From positions 463,425 to 527,424 of the forward strand of contig CAVRUZ010000002.1 in NCBI GenBank assembly GCA_963724495.1: a DNA stretch of 64,000 nt. The letters run 5' to 3'. Position numbers and translations under genes: made by a program. The DNA comes from an uncultured Actinomycetota bacterium. Its GTDB lineage: Bacteria; Actinomycetota; Actinomycetes; Propionibacteriales; DAIQRJ01. The notes below the pieces were generated by a model. It ran no database searches. It had not been told where the DNA came from and was given only the letters and a program-made list of their open reading frames with translations. Shown here piece by piece: positions 22,590 through 33,239 of this stretch. Positions within the stretch are counted from its first letter, which is position 1. Every line of letters begins with the position of its first letter.

Positions 22590-23575
22590 GCGGTTCCAAC
22601 CCCGTTCCCAGTGCAGTCACACCCAAGGTGGTCGCACTCGGCGGTGGCCACGGCCTCGCCGCGAACCTCTCTGCCCTTCGCCGGGTGACCCGGGAGCTGA
22701 CCGCGGTGGTCACGGTCGCCGACAACGGGGGCTCGTCCGGCCGGCTGCGGCGCGAATTCCCCTACGTGTTGCCGCCAGGAGACCTCCGACAGGCGCTGGC
22801 TGCGCTCTGCGGCGACGACGAATGGGGCAGTACGTGGGCGCAGGTGATGCAGCACCGCTTCGGCGGTGAGGGGCAGCTCGCCGGGCACGTCGTCGGCAAC
22901 ATGCTGATCGTGGCGCTGTGGGAGATGACCGACGCCGTCGCCGGTCTCGACTGGGCGGCGCGACTGCTGGGGGCGGAGGGCCGGGTGCTGCCGATGGCCG
23001 CGGTGCCGATCGACATCGTCGGCGAGATCGGCGGCCTGGTTCCGGGCGATCCGGGCGCCCTCGTGACGATCCGCGGCCAGGTCGAGGTGGCCGGAACCAC
23101 GGGCTGGGTCGCCGGAGTCAGGCTCGACCCGATGGATCCGCCGGCCTGCCCGGAGTCGGTGCAGGCCATCCTCGACGCCGACGTCGTGATCCTCGGACCG
23201 GGCTCGTGGTTCACGTCGGTGATGCCGCACCTGATGGTCCCCGAGCTGGCCGCGGCCCTCCGCGACACACGGGCCCGCCGCATCCTGACCCTCAACGTCG
23301 CCGCCCAACGCGGGGAGACCGACGGCTTCAGCCCCGGTCGCCACCTCCAGGCACTGCGGGAGCACGCCGAGTGGCTTCGGCTCGACCGGATCGTGGTCGA
23401 CTCCGGCTACGTCGACGCGGCTCGAGTGGCTCCCGAGGAGCTGGCGCGGGCGGCGTCGGAGTTCGGGGCGCAGCTGGTGGCTGCTGATGTGGCCGACCCC
23501 ACGGGTCGCCCGCGCCACGACGTGGACAAGCTCGCAGCCGTCTATCGCGACCTGGTGCTCGAACCGACTGGCTGA
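22586..23575 (+). CDS. yvcK: YvcK/CofD-family gluconeogenesis factor
   Basis: Contains [10 protein letters not shown]...[14 protein letters not shown]...[11 protein letters not shown] 22586 overlaps the rapZ stop (ATGA). Confidence 0.9.
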   Translation: MSGSNPVPSAVTPKVVALGGGHGLAANLSALRRVTRELTAVVTVADNGGSSGRLRREFPYVLPPGDLRQALAALCGDDEWGSTWAQVMQHRFGGEGQLAGHVVGNMLIVALWEMTDAVAGLDWAARLLGAEGRVLPMAAVPIDIVGEIGGLVPGDPGALVTIRGQVEVAGTTGWVAGVRLDPMDPPACPESVQAILDADVVILGPGSWFTSVMPHLMVPELAAALRDTRARRILTLNVAAQRGETDGFSPGRHLQALREHAEWLRLDRIVVDSGYVDAARVAPEELARAASEFGAQLVAADVADPTGRPRHDVDKLAAVYRDLVLEPTG

Positions 23576-23697
23576 ATCGTCAAGCAGGTCTGCGATTCCG
23601 GCTCGGCGACCACGCTGACAGGGATGTTTCCCGGCCGCTGGGGAAGTTGACCCCGCGAAGCCAGTACCGGCGTGTCGTCGGCGTGTCATGATGCCGT

Positions 23698-24678
23698 ATG
23701 GCAATGACCTCCCGCGTGAAGGCAGAGCTGACGACCATCTCGGTCACCAAGCCCTGCTGCCGCAAGGCCGAGGTCTCGGCGACGTTGCGGTTCGCGGGGG
23801 GCCTGCACATCGTCTCCGGCCGGATCGTGGTCGAGGCTGAGCTCGACACCGGCGCTGCCGCTCGCCGGCTCCGGCGCGAGATCGGCGAGGTCTTCGGCCA
23901 CGCCAGTGAACTGCTGGTGGTGCAGCCGTCCGGACTCCGCAAGTCCAGTCGCTACCTCGTGCGGGTGGTGGCCGACGGCGAGGCACTGGCCCGCCAGACC
24001 GGATTGCTCGACCAGCGTGGCCGCCCGGTCCGTGGCCTGCCGCCCGCGATCGTCAACGGCGCCGTGTGCGACGCCGTCGCCACCTGGCGCGGCGCCTTCC
24101 TTGCGCACGGCTCGCTCACCGAGCCGGGGCGCTCGTGCTCGATGGAGGTCACCTGCCCCGGTCCGGAGGCGGCGCTGGCACTTGCCGGGTCCGCGAGGCG
24201 GATGGGCATCTCGGCCAAGTCGCGGGAGGTCCGAGGCGTCGACCGGGTGGTGATCCGTGACGGCGACGCGATCGCCGGACTGCTCACCAGGCTCGGCGCG
24301 CACGAGGCGCTGATGGCCTTCGAGGAACGACGCATGCGGCGCGAGGTGCGGGCGACCGCGAACCGGCTGGCCAACTTCGACGACGCCAACCTGCGCCGCT
24401 CGGCCCGGGCGGCGGTCGCCGCCGGCGCACGGGTGGAACGGGCGCTGGAGATTCTTGGCGAGGACGTGCCGGAGCATCTGCGTGCGGCCGGTGAGCTGCG
24501 AGCTCAGCACAAGCAGGCCAGCCTCGAGGAGCTCGGGCAACTGCACGACCCACCACTCACCAAGGATGCGATCGCCGGCCGGATCCGCAGGCTGCTGGCC
24601 ACCGCGGACAAACGTGCGAGCGATCTGGGCATCCCCACCACCGAGGCCAGCCTCACGCCCGACATGCTGGACAACTGA
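23698..24678 (+). CDS. whiA: DNA-binding sporulation/cell-division regulator WhiA
   Basis: 326 aa. Starts [37 protein letters not shown] and has a C-terminal HTH region. Conserved position after rapZ-yvcK. Confidence 0.95.
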   Translation: MAMTSRVKAELTTISVTKPCCRKAEVSATLRFAGGLHIVSGRIVVEAELDTGAAARRLRREIGEVFGHASELLVVQPSGLRKSSRYLVRVVADGEALARQTGLLDQRGRPVRGLPPAIVNGAVCDAVATWRGAFLAHGSLTEPGRSCSMEVTCPGPEAALALAGSARRMGISAKSREVRGVDRVVIRDGDAIAGLLTRLGAHEALMAFEERRMRREVRATANRLANFDDANLRRSARAAVAAGARVERALEILGEDVPEHLRAAGELRAQHKQASLEELGQLHDPPLTKDAIAGRIRRLLATADKRASDLGIPTTEASLTPDMLDN

Positions 24679-24857
24679 CGCGAGTGACGCCGGCCGCCGC
24701 CCGCGTTGCCACAGCGTGACCGTGTACGGACGGACCGCCGACGCCATATAAGGTGCTCCTGGCCAGCACGAAGGCGTCCTGGCCGCACGCCGGATGTGGC
24801 ACGAGCCAACCGGCCCGCCCGCGGGTACGCCCGCGGACCGAAATCTCGAACGACTAG

Positions 24858-25934
<1,077 letters not shown>

Positions 25935-25963
25935 CACTCCGGTCGTTCGCGGCTGATCGTTTC

Positions 25964-25996
25964 GCGCGGGGCTGGGGTGCTACCCCGGCCCCGCGC
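25964..25996 (+). other. strong intercistronic stem-loop between gap and pgk
   Basis: GCGCGGGGCTGGGGT-GCT-ACCCCGGCCCCGCGC, a 15-bp stem with one G-U pair. It ends 8 nt before the pgk GGAGGA RBS. Confidence 0.6.
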
Positions 25997-26014
25997 TCAT
26001 ACCTGGAGGACCCG

Positions 26015-27208
26015 ATGAAGACCATCGACGACCTGTCCCAGAACCTGGGCGGCCTGTCCGGCAAGCGGATCCTGGTCCGGAGCGATCTCAACGTCCCACT
26101 CGACGAGGGCACGATCACCGACGACGGGCGCATCCGCGCGAGCGTGCCGACGATCACCCGGCTGCTCGACGACGGGGCCGGCGTCATCGTCATGGCCCAC
26201 CTGGGTCGCCCGAAGGGTGCGCCGGAGGACCGCTTCTCCCTTGCTCCGGTGGCGGCCCGACTGGGCGAACTGCTCGAGGGCGTGCCGGTGCGGCTGGCCG
26301 ACGACCTCACCGGGCCGTCTGCCCGCGAGGCGGTCGGGGCCCTGCAGCCCGGGCAGGTCGTCCTGCTGGAGAACGTGCGCTTCGATCCGCGAGAGACCAG
26401 CAAGGACGACGCGGAGCGCGGCGAACTCGCCGACGAGCTGGCCGGCTTCGCCGACGGCTATGTCTCCGACGGATTCGGCGCCGTGCATCGCAAGCATGCG
26501 TCGGTTTTCGACGTGGCCGGTCGGCTCCCGCACGCCGCCGGCCTTCTCGTGGCAGCCGAGATCGAGGTCATGCGCAGCCTCACCGAGGACCCGGCCCACG
26601 AGTACGTGGTGGTGCTCGGCGGAGCCAAGGTGTCCGACAAGCTGGCGGTCATCGACAACCTGCTCGCCGTCGCGGACAGGCTCCTGATCGGTGGCGGGAT
26701 GGTGTTCACCTTCCTCGCCGCACAGGGCCATGACGTCGGGAAGAGCCTGCTGGAGTCGGACCAGATCGACACCGTCAAGGGCTACCTCGACGAGCACGGC
26801 GACAAGATCGGCCTTCCCACCGACATCGTCGTTGCCGGCGCCGTGTCCGCCGACGCCGAGGCTCGCGTGGTGGCAGTCGACGGCATCGGGTCCGACGACC
26901 TCGGGCTGGACATCGGCCCTGAGTCGGCGCGTGCGTTCGCCAAGACCGTGGCCGCGGCGAAGACCGTGTTCTGGAACGGTCCGATGGGGGTCGCCGAGAT
27001 CGACCAGTTCGCCGGCGGAACGCGGGCAGTGGCCGAGGCCCTGACCAAGGTCGACGGTCTGTCGGTGGTGGGCGGCGGCGACTCCGCGGCAGCCGTGCGC
27101 AACCTGGGCTTCGACGAGGGTGCGTTCGGCCACATCTCCACCGGAGGCGGCGCCAGCCTGGAGTACCTGGAAGGCAAGACGCTCCCGGGCATCGCCGCGC
27201 TGGACTAG
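26015..27208 (+). CDS. pgk: phosphoglycerate kinase
   Basis: Starts MKTIDDL...[30 protein letters not shown] and ends ...[27 protein letters not shown]. Confidence 0.95.
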   Translation: MKTIDDLSQNLGGLSGKRILVRSDLNVPLDEGTITDDGRIRASVPTITRLLDDGAGVIVMAHLGRPKGAPEDRFSLAPVAARLGELLEGVPVRLADDLTGPSAREAVGALQPGQVVLLENVRFDPRETSKDDAERGELADELAGFADGYVSDGFGAVHRKHASVFDVAGRLPHAAGLLVAAEIEVMRSLTEDPAHEYVVVLGGAKVSDKLAVIDNLLAVADRLLIGGGMVFTFLAAQGHDVGKSLLESDQIDTVKGYLDEHGDKIGLPTDIVVAGAVSADAEARVVAVDGIGSDDLGLDIGPESARAFAKTVAAAKTVFWNGPMGVAEIDQFAGGTRAVAEALTKVDGLSVVGGGDSAAAVRNLGFDEGAFGHISTGGGASLEYLEGKTLPGIAALD

Positions 27209-27211
27209 TCC

Positions 27212-27805
27212 TCAGCCCTCCGCCTGCGCTGTCGCGGCGTCGGGGTCGGGATCGGCAACGCGGTACTGGCTGCCGTCGGGCGTGCGCACCAGGAAGCCCC
27301 GATCGACAAGGGCACGCCGCAGCCCGGCATAGTCGTCGGTGACCTGCAGCAGGACTCCGTTGACCGCGGGTTCGGCGTAGTCGCGTCCGGCCTCGAACAG
27401 CGGCAGCACGCGCCGGGCGAGTCGGTCGGCCAACTCCGGATCGCTGGGGAGGCCCTGGAGTCGTCCCCACGGCAGGAACGGGCCGAGGTCGTGATCGGCG
27501 ACCTCGGCTCCGACCGGACTCTGGGCCACGAGGGCATCGACGGTCGACCGCACGGCGACCGCGTCGAAGGCGATCCGGTCCGGCGTGGGCGCGGTCAGCA
27601 CGCCGGCGTCCAGCCCTCGCCCGATGGCGTCACCGAAGGACCGCAGTGCCAGCCCCGTCTGCGGACGCAGCTCGTCCAGCAGCGCCGGGGTGCCAGGTCG
27701 GCGGGGGAGGGCGGCCAGAACGGCCGCGACATCCGGGTGGGCCAATGCGGCGAGCATCTGCGCAGAGCGAGCGGCTAGCCGGAAGCGTTCGACGTCGTCG
27801 ACCAT
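27212..27805 (-). CDS. DUF2087 domain-containing protein
   Basis: The C-terminal block [52 protein letters not shown] is typical of DUF2087. ATG 27805 is preceded by GAGGA. It is antisense to the glycolytic operon. Confidence 0.7.
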   Translation of the reverse strand: MVDDVERFRLAARSAQMLAALAHPDVAAVLAALPRRPGTPALLDELRPQTGLALRSFGDAIGRGLDAGVLTAPTPDRIAFDAVAVRSTVDALVAQSPVGAEVADHDLGPFLPWGRLQGLPSDPELADRLARRVLPLFEAGRDYAEPAVNGVLLQVTDDYAGLRRALVDRGFLVRTPDGSQYRVADPDPDAATAQAEG

Positions 27806-27868
27806 GCGGGGATCCTCGCCGATTCCTGGTCGGTCGAACCAGGGGCTCCGGAGCATCGTGCTGGCGCG

Positions 27869-27942
27869 AAACATGCAGCGGCCCTCGTGGCGGGCCGGAC
27901 AAATGCGCGCATGTCCCGACTCGGGCGTCGCGGCTGCATGTT
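27869..27942 (+). repeat. copy of the ~75-nt palindromic element
   Basis: AAACATGCAGCGGCC...GCGCATGTCCCGACTCGGGCGTCGCGGCTGCATGTT, with 10-bp perfect terminal inverted repeats. It lies between the GNAT stop and the DUF2087 start. Confidence 0.85.
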
Positions 27943-27982
27943 GGGCGTCACGGTCGAAGTCGGCGTGTGCGGACCTGACGCG

Positions 27983-28792
27983 TCACAGCTCCCGCCAGTT
28001 GGCCCGGACGAACTGCACGCGCATGCCCACTCGCTCCATGTTGCGATGGCTGGTGGAGAGGTAGTTGGCGCCGCTGCAGACGAACTCGGCGTCTGCCCGG
28101 CTCGCGTCGGCGATCCGCCGGCGCAGGAGAGCGGACTGGAGGCCGCGACCGCGGAACGCTGGGTCGGTGGCCGCGTCGGCGCAGTAGCCGATGTTGTCGT
28201 GCAGGAAGAGGATTCCTGCCGCGGCCGGGACGCCATCGGCGCGCGCGAGATACAGCCGCCAGCCAGGAAGCCCCAACCACGGGCGCACATTGGCCTTGAA
28301 CCCGTCGCCGTCCGGAATCTCTCGTCCCGCGATGTAGGCGTCGAGGAAGACTTCCATCGCCTCTGCCGTCGTCACCTGCTCCACGGACGTGTCGCCCGCG
28401 TCGGCATCCGCATCGGGTTCGCAGATCAGCGACGCATGGAAGTCCGCCTGGAAGTAGCCGAACCGGGCGAGCTCCCGTCCGAGGGCTTCGTCGTCGATGC
28501 CGGGCACGATCTCGAAGTTCGTCGTGGCTTCGGCTTGTCGGTACCACTCGACCAGGGGTGCGATGTGGCGCTCGAGCCCGGCCCGCAGCCCGGTGACGCC
28601 GTTGAAGTAGGGCAGGTGGCGCGCCATCACCGCCGTGACCCCGTCGTCGAGTTGGCGATAGGCGACGCCGACCGGGTTGCCCGGGATCCGCTCGAGCACC
28701 TGCAGGCGCGAGAGCTTGTAAGCGGTCTCGACAGCGACGGTCCGGCGGACCAGGTCGGCCGACGGTACGAGGTGGGGCATCGGGTCGACCAC
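27983..28792 (-). CDS. GNAT family N-acetyltransferase
   Basis: The C-terminal acetyl-CoA fold contains [17 protein letters not shown]. The GTG 28792 start is chosen by analogy with the identical RBS/start module of the neighbouring gene. The track ORF starts at 28828. Confidence 0.7.
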   Translation of the reverse strand: MVDPMPHLVPSADLVRRTVAVETAYKLSRLQVLERIPGNPVGVAYRQLDDGVTAVMARHLPYFNGVTGLRAGLERHIAPLVEWYRQAEATTNFEIVPGIDDEALGRELARFGYFQADFHASLICEPDADADAGDTSVEQVTTAEAMEVFLDAYIAGREIPDGDGFKANVRPWLGLPGWRLYLARADGVPAAAGILFLHDNIGYCADAATDPAFRGRGLQSALLRRRIADASRADAEFVCSGANYLSTSHRNMERVGMRVQFVRANWREL

Positions 28793-28852
28793 GGGCGGAT
28801 CCTCGCCGATCGCTGTCCGTCCCGCCACGTCTGCGTCGCGGGTTCCCGCGCC

Positions 28853-28926
28853 CTACATGCACCGGACCTCGACCCGCGCCCGACGAATGCGGGTATGTCT
28901 GGATTCGGGCGTTGCGGCTGCATGCG
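28853..28926 (+). repeat. copy of the ~75-nt palindromic element (diverged termini)
   Basis: CTACATGCACCGGACC...GGGTATGTCTGGATTCGGGCGTTGCGGCTGCATGCG. It lies between the divergent GNAT and tpiA starts. Confidence 0.75.
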
Positions 28927-29044
28927 TCGTGTCCGTGGCCGACCGTGCGGGGAGGCGACGGCCGCGGCCATGAACAGCTGGCCGCCGGACCGAGCCGCGC
29001 CACTATCCTGCGGACGACCGCGAGCCCCCAGGCACAGGAGCAGC

Positions 29045-29842
29045 ATGAGCAACCGCACGCCGTTGATGGCCGGCAACTGGAAGATGAACTGCGACCATCG
29101 CGAGGCCGTTCACCTGGTGCAGAAGCTGGCCTGGACGCTGTCGGACAAGAACCACGACTTCGGCGCGGTGGAAGTCGTGGTGCTGCCGCCGTTCACGGCG
29201 ATCCGGTCGGTGCAGACGCTGATCGATGGCGACCGGCTCGAGCTGAGGCACGGGGCGCAGGACCTGTCCCCGCACGACAGCGGCGCGTACACCGGCGACG
29301 TCTCGGGTTCGATGCTCGCCGGACTTGGCTGCGCCTACGTGCTCGTGGGTCACTCCGAGCGGCGCGAGTTCCACGCCGAGGCCGAGACCGAGTGCCAGGC
29401 CAAGGTGCAGGCAGCGTTCCGGCACGGGCTCGTGCCGATCCTGTGTGTCGGGGAGCCGTTGCCGGTGCGGCAGGCGGGGGAGCAGGTGGCACACGCGCTG
29501 GCCCAGCTCGACGGTGCTCTCGCCGGTCTCGACGCCGATCGGGCTGCCGAGATCGTGGTCGCGTACGAGCCGGTGTGGGCGATCGGAACCGGCGAGGTGG
29601 CTACGCCGGCCGACGCGCAGGAGGTCTGCCACGCCATCCGCGGCCGCCTCGGCGAGCTGTACTCCGACGATCTCGCCGATCGGGTCCGCATCCTCTACGG
29701 CGGTTCGGTCAAGGCTGGAAACGTCGCCGGCATCATGGCCGAGGACGACGTCGACGGCTGCCTGGTGGGCGGCGCGAGCCTGGACGCGGACGAGTTCGGT
29801 GGCATCTGCCGCTTCGCCGACATGCCTTTGCTCCCGGCCTGA
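29045..29842 (+). CDS. tpiA: triose-phosphate isomerase
   Basis: Motifs AGNWKMN, VGHSERR and [19 protein letters not shown]. Only the last 265 codons of track ORF 27887..29842. Confidence 0.95.
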   Translation: MSNRTPLMAGNWKMNCDHREAVHLVQKLAWTLSDKNHDFGAVEVVVLPPFTAIRSVQTLIDGDRLELRHGAQDLSPHDSGAYTGDVSGSMLAGLGCAYVLVGHSERREFHAEAETECQAKVQAAFRHGLVPILCVGEPLPVRQAGEQVAHALAQLDGALAGLDADRAAEIVVAYEPVWAIGTGEVATPADAQEVCHAIRGRLGELYSDDLADRVRILYGGSVKAGNVAGIMAEDDVDGCLVGGASLDADEFGGICRFADMPLLPA

Positions 29843-29922
29843 CCGGTTAGCATGGGCTGCCGGTCCGCCGCTCTGGTGGGCCGGCGACGGGTGGACAAGT
29901 CGGGTTGCGTCGAGAGGGTTCC

Positions 29923-30153
29923 ATGATCCTGGGCTTCCAGATCGCGCTGATCATCGTCAGCGGGTTCTTGCTGGTCCTCATCCTGCTGCACCGCGGCGGT
30001 GGCGGCGGTCTGAGCGACCTCTTCGGCGGTGGCGTGAGCACCAATCTCGGCGGCTCCAGCGTCGCCGAGCGGAACCTCAACCGGTTCACGGTCGCGCTGG
30101 CCATCGTGTGGACGGCCCTCATCGTCTCGCTGCTGCTGCTCGCCAAGATCTGA
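29923..30153 (+). CDS. secG: preprotein translocase subunit SecG
   Basis: 76 aa. Two TM helices flank the Gly-rich loop HRGGGGGLSDLFGGG. Conserved position after tpiA. Confidence 0.85.
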   Translation: MILGFQIALIIVSGFLLVLILLHRGGGGGLSDLFGGGVSTNLGGSSVAERNLNRFTVALAIVWTALIVSLLLLAKI

Positions 30154-30201
30154 CGCAACGGCCTGAAGGGGCGGAGCGCTCCGGCGCCAGCCGTCAGGCG
30201 G

Positions 30202-31063
30202 TCACCGCGGCGGACCGCTCGTGATCCGTCGCCGGATCTCGGCGAAGCCCTCGGGCCCTCCTTCGAGATCCCACCAGCTCTCCACCCACCAGGTCGCGCC
30301 GGCTTCGGCCCAGGCCGTCTTGTCGTTTGTGGTCTGAGCCGTGAAGTCGCCGAAGCTGTCGGCCTCCTTCACCACGTCGTAGCCCGTCCAGGGCAGCCCG
30401 GCCGCCTCGCGGTAGCCGCGCACCAAGATCGACGATCTCCGCCAGCCGTTCCGGGCTCTCCGCCTTGCGGTCGTCGCCGGGCGGGTTGTCGCCTCGCTGA
30501 GGCAGCAGACCCTCCCACCTGGCCGCGCGTTCCAGCGACGGCTGCTTCTCGCGTCCGGGCACGTAGGCACCAACCAGCCAGACCGGTGGATGTGGCTGCT
30601 GCACCGGGGGCGCCGGAAGCATGAAGTCGGTGGCCCGGACCTGGTACTCGACGCCGTCGTAGGCGAACGGCTGGCCCTTCATCAAACCTGCATAGATGTC
30701 GAGGCACTCCGTGAGCCTCCGGACGCGGGCGGCCCGGCCGTCGTCGGCCTCGAAGGCGGTCCAGCCGTCGTGCAAGGCACCCAGGCCCGCACCGAGGATG
30801 GCCCGGCCGTTGCTGACGGTGTCGAGGGTGCGCACGGTGGTGGCCAGATCCCAGGGTCGCCACCGCGACACCGGAGTCAGCAGCGTTCCCAGTCGGATCC
30901 GCTCGGTGCGACAGGCGGCGGCGGTGAGCGCCACCCACGCGCTGACGCCCCACAACGCCTCCCACCCGAACACGGCGTCCCACTCGTGCTGCTCACCCAG
31001 TTCGGCCAGTTCGGCGAGGTCGGCCGCGTCACCGAAAGGAACCACGAATCCGTAGCGCATCAC
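30202..31063 (-). pseudogene. LLM-class (luciferase-like) oxidoreductase, interrupted by a +1 insertion
   Basis: The N-part reads to ...SPERLAEIVDL in ORF 30194..31063. The C-part VRGYREAAGLPWTGYDVVKEAD...WWVESWWDLEGGPEGFAEIRRRI is in ORF 30202..30573. Observed GATCTTGGTGCGC versus expected GATCTGGTGCGC. The span is 862 nt = 3n+1. Confidence 0.65.
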
Positions 31064-31120
31064 GGCAGGCTAGTGGTGCAGACCGACGGTCCGGCCGCCG
31101 GCAGCGCCGCCTGACACGCC

Positions 31121-31175
31121 GAGTGGGCGCAATCTGTCGCCTGGACCGCGCGCAGGCGCCAGATTGCGCCCACTC
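31121..31175 (-). terminator. long perfect inverted repeat after the last gene of the pentose-phosphate operon
   Basis: GAGTGGGCGCAATCTG (31121-31136) pairs with CAGATTGCGCCCACTC (31160-31175), 16/16 bp, with an inner GCCTG/CAGGC pair. It lies 28 nt downstream of the stop at 31204. No U-tract. Confidence 0.5.
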
Positions 31176-31203
31176 GACGAGGGCGTTGGGGCTGCGGCGC
31201 CGA

Positions 31204-32514
31204 TTAGTTCGGCATCCGCTTCCAGCTCAGCCCGCCGTCGTGGGTCCGGTAGACGTAGCCGTGCACGGTGGAGAGGTAGCCGGTGGTGAAGTCGGCCATC
31301 GAGATCCGGTCGACCGCGTCGTCGACCAGGGTGAGATCAGCCTGCCGCGGCCGGCCCTTGTCGGACAGCACAAGGAGGCGCTCCTCGACATTCAGCAGCA
31401 TCCGGTGGTCGGACACCGTGGCGACGCCCGTTGCGCGCACCCTCCCGGTGTTGATCTTGGTCCAGTGCACGCCGTCGCGGCTCCGGTAGACGTGGCTCAC
31501 GCGGTCGACGTTGCACAGCATCACGATGTAGTTCTCGCTGGTCGCCATTCCTTCCCGCTCCGGCGCCGGGCACGGGACCGGCGCGGTGGCCCAGTGCCGG
31601 CCGAGATCGCTGCTCCGGGCGAGGACTTCGTGTCCGCTGCCGTCGTCGGCCACGAAGGCCCAGAATCCGTGGACGACCAGTGCCCGGCCGACGCCACGTA
31701 GTCCCTTGGGCAAGGCGACCTTGGTCCACGCGTCGCTGCCCAGCGCCGAGACGAAGACCTCACCGGTGCCGTTGGCCAGGACCGTGAAGGCCTTGCGGTG
31801 CTCGAGATCCGCGATGGGCATCGAGTTGGTGGGGAACGGCAGCGAGCTCCAGCCCTGACCACCGTTGTGGGTGCGGTATCCGGCTGGTGCTCCACCGGCC
31901 CAGCCGTTCATGCCGTCGTGTGACATGAGGATGAGTGCGCCGGGGGCCACCGTGTCGTAGGACTGTGACCGCGAGCTGTCCGCCTCGAGCGCCATGATCG
32001 TGTGCCACTTGTCGTCGCGTCCCAGCTTCTGCATGATCGAACAGAGTTCGAGCCCGCACTTGCCCGACGTGGCCCGCCACACGCCCTGCGGCGTCGCCGA
32101 GACCGACAGCGTGAACGTTGCCCGCGGCTTCACTACCCGGGCGCGGCCGTCCGGGCCCCTTGTCAGCGAACCAGGGGGAGCTGTGGCGACCACCTGTCGG
32201 TCTTGAACCGCTGCAGTGTGCGGCCCGCTCGCCAGCGGAACCAGGCCGGCGTCGAAGATCACCCCGATCAGCAGCGCGATGAGCGCCACCCCACCGACCT
32301 CCAGGTAGCGACGGTGCCGGCTCTCCTGGCGCTTGCGAAACTCTGCCCGGGCTTCGCGTTCGCCCGCGTCCGGGTCCTCGTCGTCGGCCTCTGGCTCCTC
32401 GTCGTCCGGCTCACTCGACCATCTGCCGGTCGAGGCGGAGGAGGTGCGCGACCCGAAGGTCGACACCGGAGGATCCGGCGCCGAGGCGGTTCCGCCTACC
32501 GGATCGGGGTCCAT
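31204..32514 (-). CDS. single-pass membrane protein with extracytoplasmic BNR/Asp-box beta-propeller-like domain
   Basis: Acidic N-terminus (EPDDEEPEADDEDPD) and TM helix GGVALIALLIGVIF. Asp-box-like motifs SSDLGRHW, SRDGVHW and THDGGLSW. The start overlaps the pgl stop (TGATG). Confidence 0.6.
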   Translation of the reverse strand: MDPDPVGGTASAPDPPVSTFGSRTSSASTGRWSSEPDDEEPEADDEDPDAGEREARAEFRKRQESRHRRYLEVGGVALIALLIGVIFDAGLVPLASGPHTAAVQDRQVVATAPPGSLTRGPDGRARVVKPRATFTLSVSATPQGVWRATSGKCGLELCSIMQKLGRDDKWHTIMALEADSSRSQSYDTVAPGALILMSHDGMNGWAGGAPAGYRTHNGGQGWSSLPFPTNSMPIADLEHRKAFTVLANGTGEVFVSALGSDAWTKVALPKGLRGVGRALVVHGFWAFVADDGSGHEVLARSSDLGRHWATAPVPCPAPEREGMATSENYIVMLCNVDRVSHVYRSRDGVHWTKINTGRVRATGVATVSDHRMLLNVEERLLVLSDKGRPRQADLTLVDDAVDRISMADFTTGYLSTVHGYVYRTHDGGLSWKRMPN

Positions 32515-33239
32515 CAGGGCAGGCTAGCTCCGGCAGCCTCGTCGAGGAGCCAGCCAGTGATCTCCAGGCCCTGCACGCCGGTTGCCGGGAGGTCGGAGTA
32601 GCCCGCGCCGCCGAACGCGCTGGCCACGGCTTCGGCCTTGTCGGCGCCGGCGACGAGGAACCACACCTGCCGCGCCCGGTTGAGTGTGTCGATGCTCATC
32701 GACAGCCTGGTGGGTGGCGGCTTGGGAGAGTCGCGCACCACCACGACACTCGACGACCGGTCGGCCAGGCCCGGGTGGTGGGGGAAGAGCGACGCCACAT
32801 GCCCGTCCGGGCCCACGCCGAGCAGCAGAAGGTCGAACAGCGGCTCGCCGGCCGCCGCGAACGCGTCGAGTTCGGCTGCGTACGCGGCCGCACCGGCGTC
32901 AGCGTCGGCGGCGTCATCCAGCGCGGCCATCCGGTGGACGCTCGGGATCTCTCCTGCCCCTGGAAGGGCGTCGAGCAGCGCTGCGTCGTTGCGCTCGGGG
33001 TCGCTGCCCGGCACGAACCGCTCGTCGCCCCACCACAGGTGCACGTCGGCCAGATCCTCGGCGGGGTCGCCAAGACCTGCCGCCCACTCCTGGACCGATC
33101 GGGTCCCCACGCCGCCACCGGTGAGCACCACCGAGGCGCGGCCTCGCTCTTCCTTGGCGGCGGTGATCGTGGCGCGGATCAGGTCAGCGGCGGCGGATGC
33201 GACGGCGGCAGCGTCGGCCAGCCTGCGCACCTCGGTCAC
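32514..33239 (-). CDS. pgl: 6-phosphogluconolactonase
   Basis: Contains VVLTGGGVG...WWGDERFV...LLLGVGPDGHVASLFP. GTG start overlaps the upstream stop (GTGA). Confidence 0.9.
   Translation of the reverse strand: MTEVRRLADAAAVASAAADLIRATITAAKEERGRASVVLTGGGVGTRSVQEWAAGLGDPAEDLADVHLWWGDERFVPGSDPERNDAALLDALPGAGEIPSVHRMAALDDAADADAGAAAYAAELDAFAAAGEPLFDLLLLGVGPDGHVASLFPHHPGLADRSSSVVVVRDSPKPPPTRLSMSIDTLNRARQVWFLVAGADKAEAVASAFGGAGYSDLPATGVQGLEITGWLLDEAAGASLP

Noticed and set aside
21686-23575. Single 629-aa ORF suggesting a RapZ-YvcK fusion protein
   Set aside because: The middle ~115 residues are Arg-rich out-of-frame text. The true RapZ C-half is in ORF 22233..22589, and YvcK starts at ATG 22586 with an ATGA overlap.
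27869-28926. Integron-like cassette with attC sites flanking the GNAT gene
   Set aside because: Only one copy ends in a GTTRRRY-like core (GTTGGGC). No RYYYAAC inverse core, intI or attI is present. The elements lie upstream of the genes they accompany, not downstream.
27887-29044. N-terminal 386 codons of the 651-aa ORF ending in tpiA
   Set aside because: This part is antisense to the GNAT gene and runs through a repeat element. TpiA homology starts at ATG 29045 behind AGGAG.
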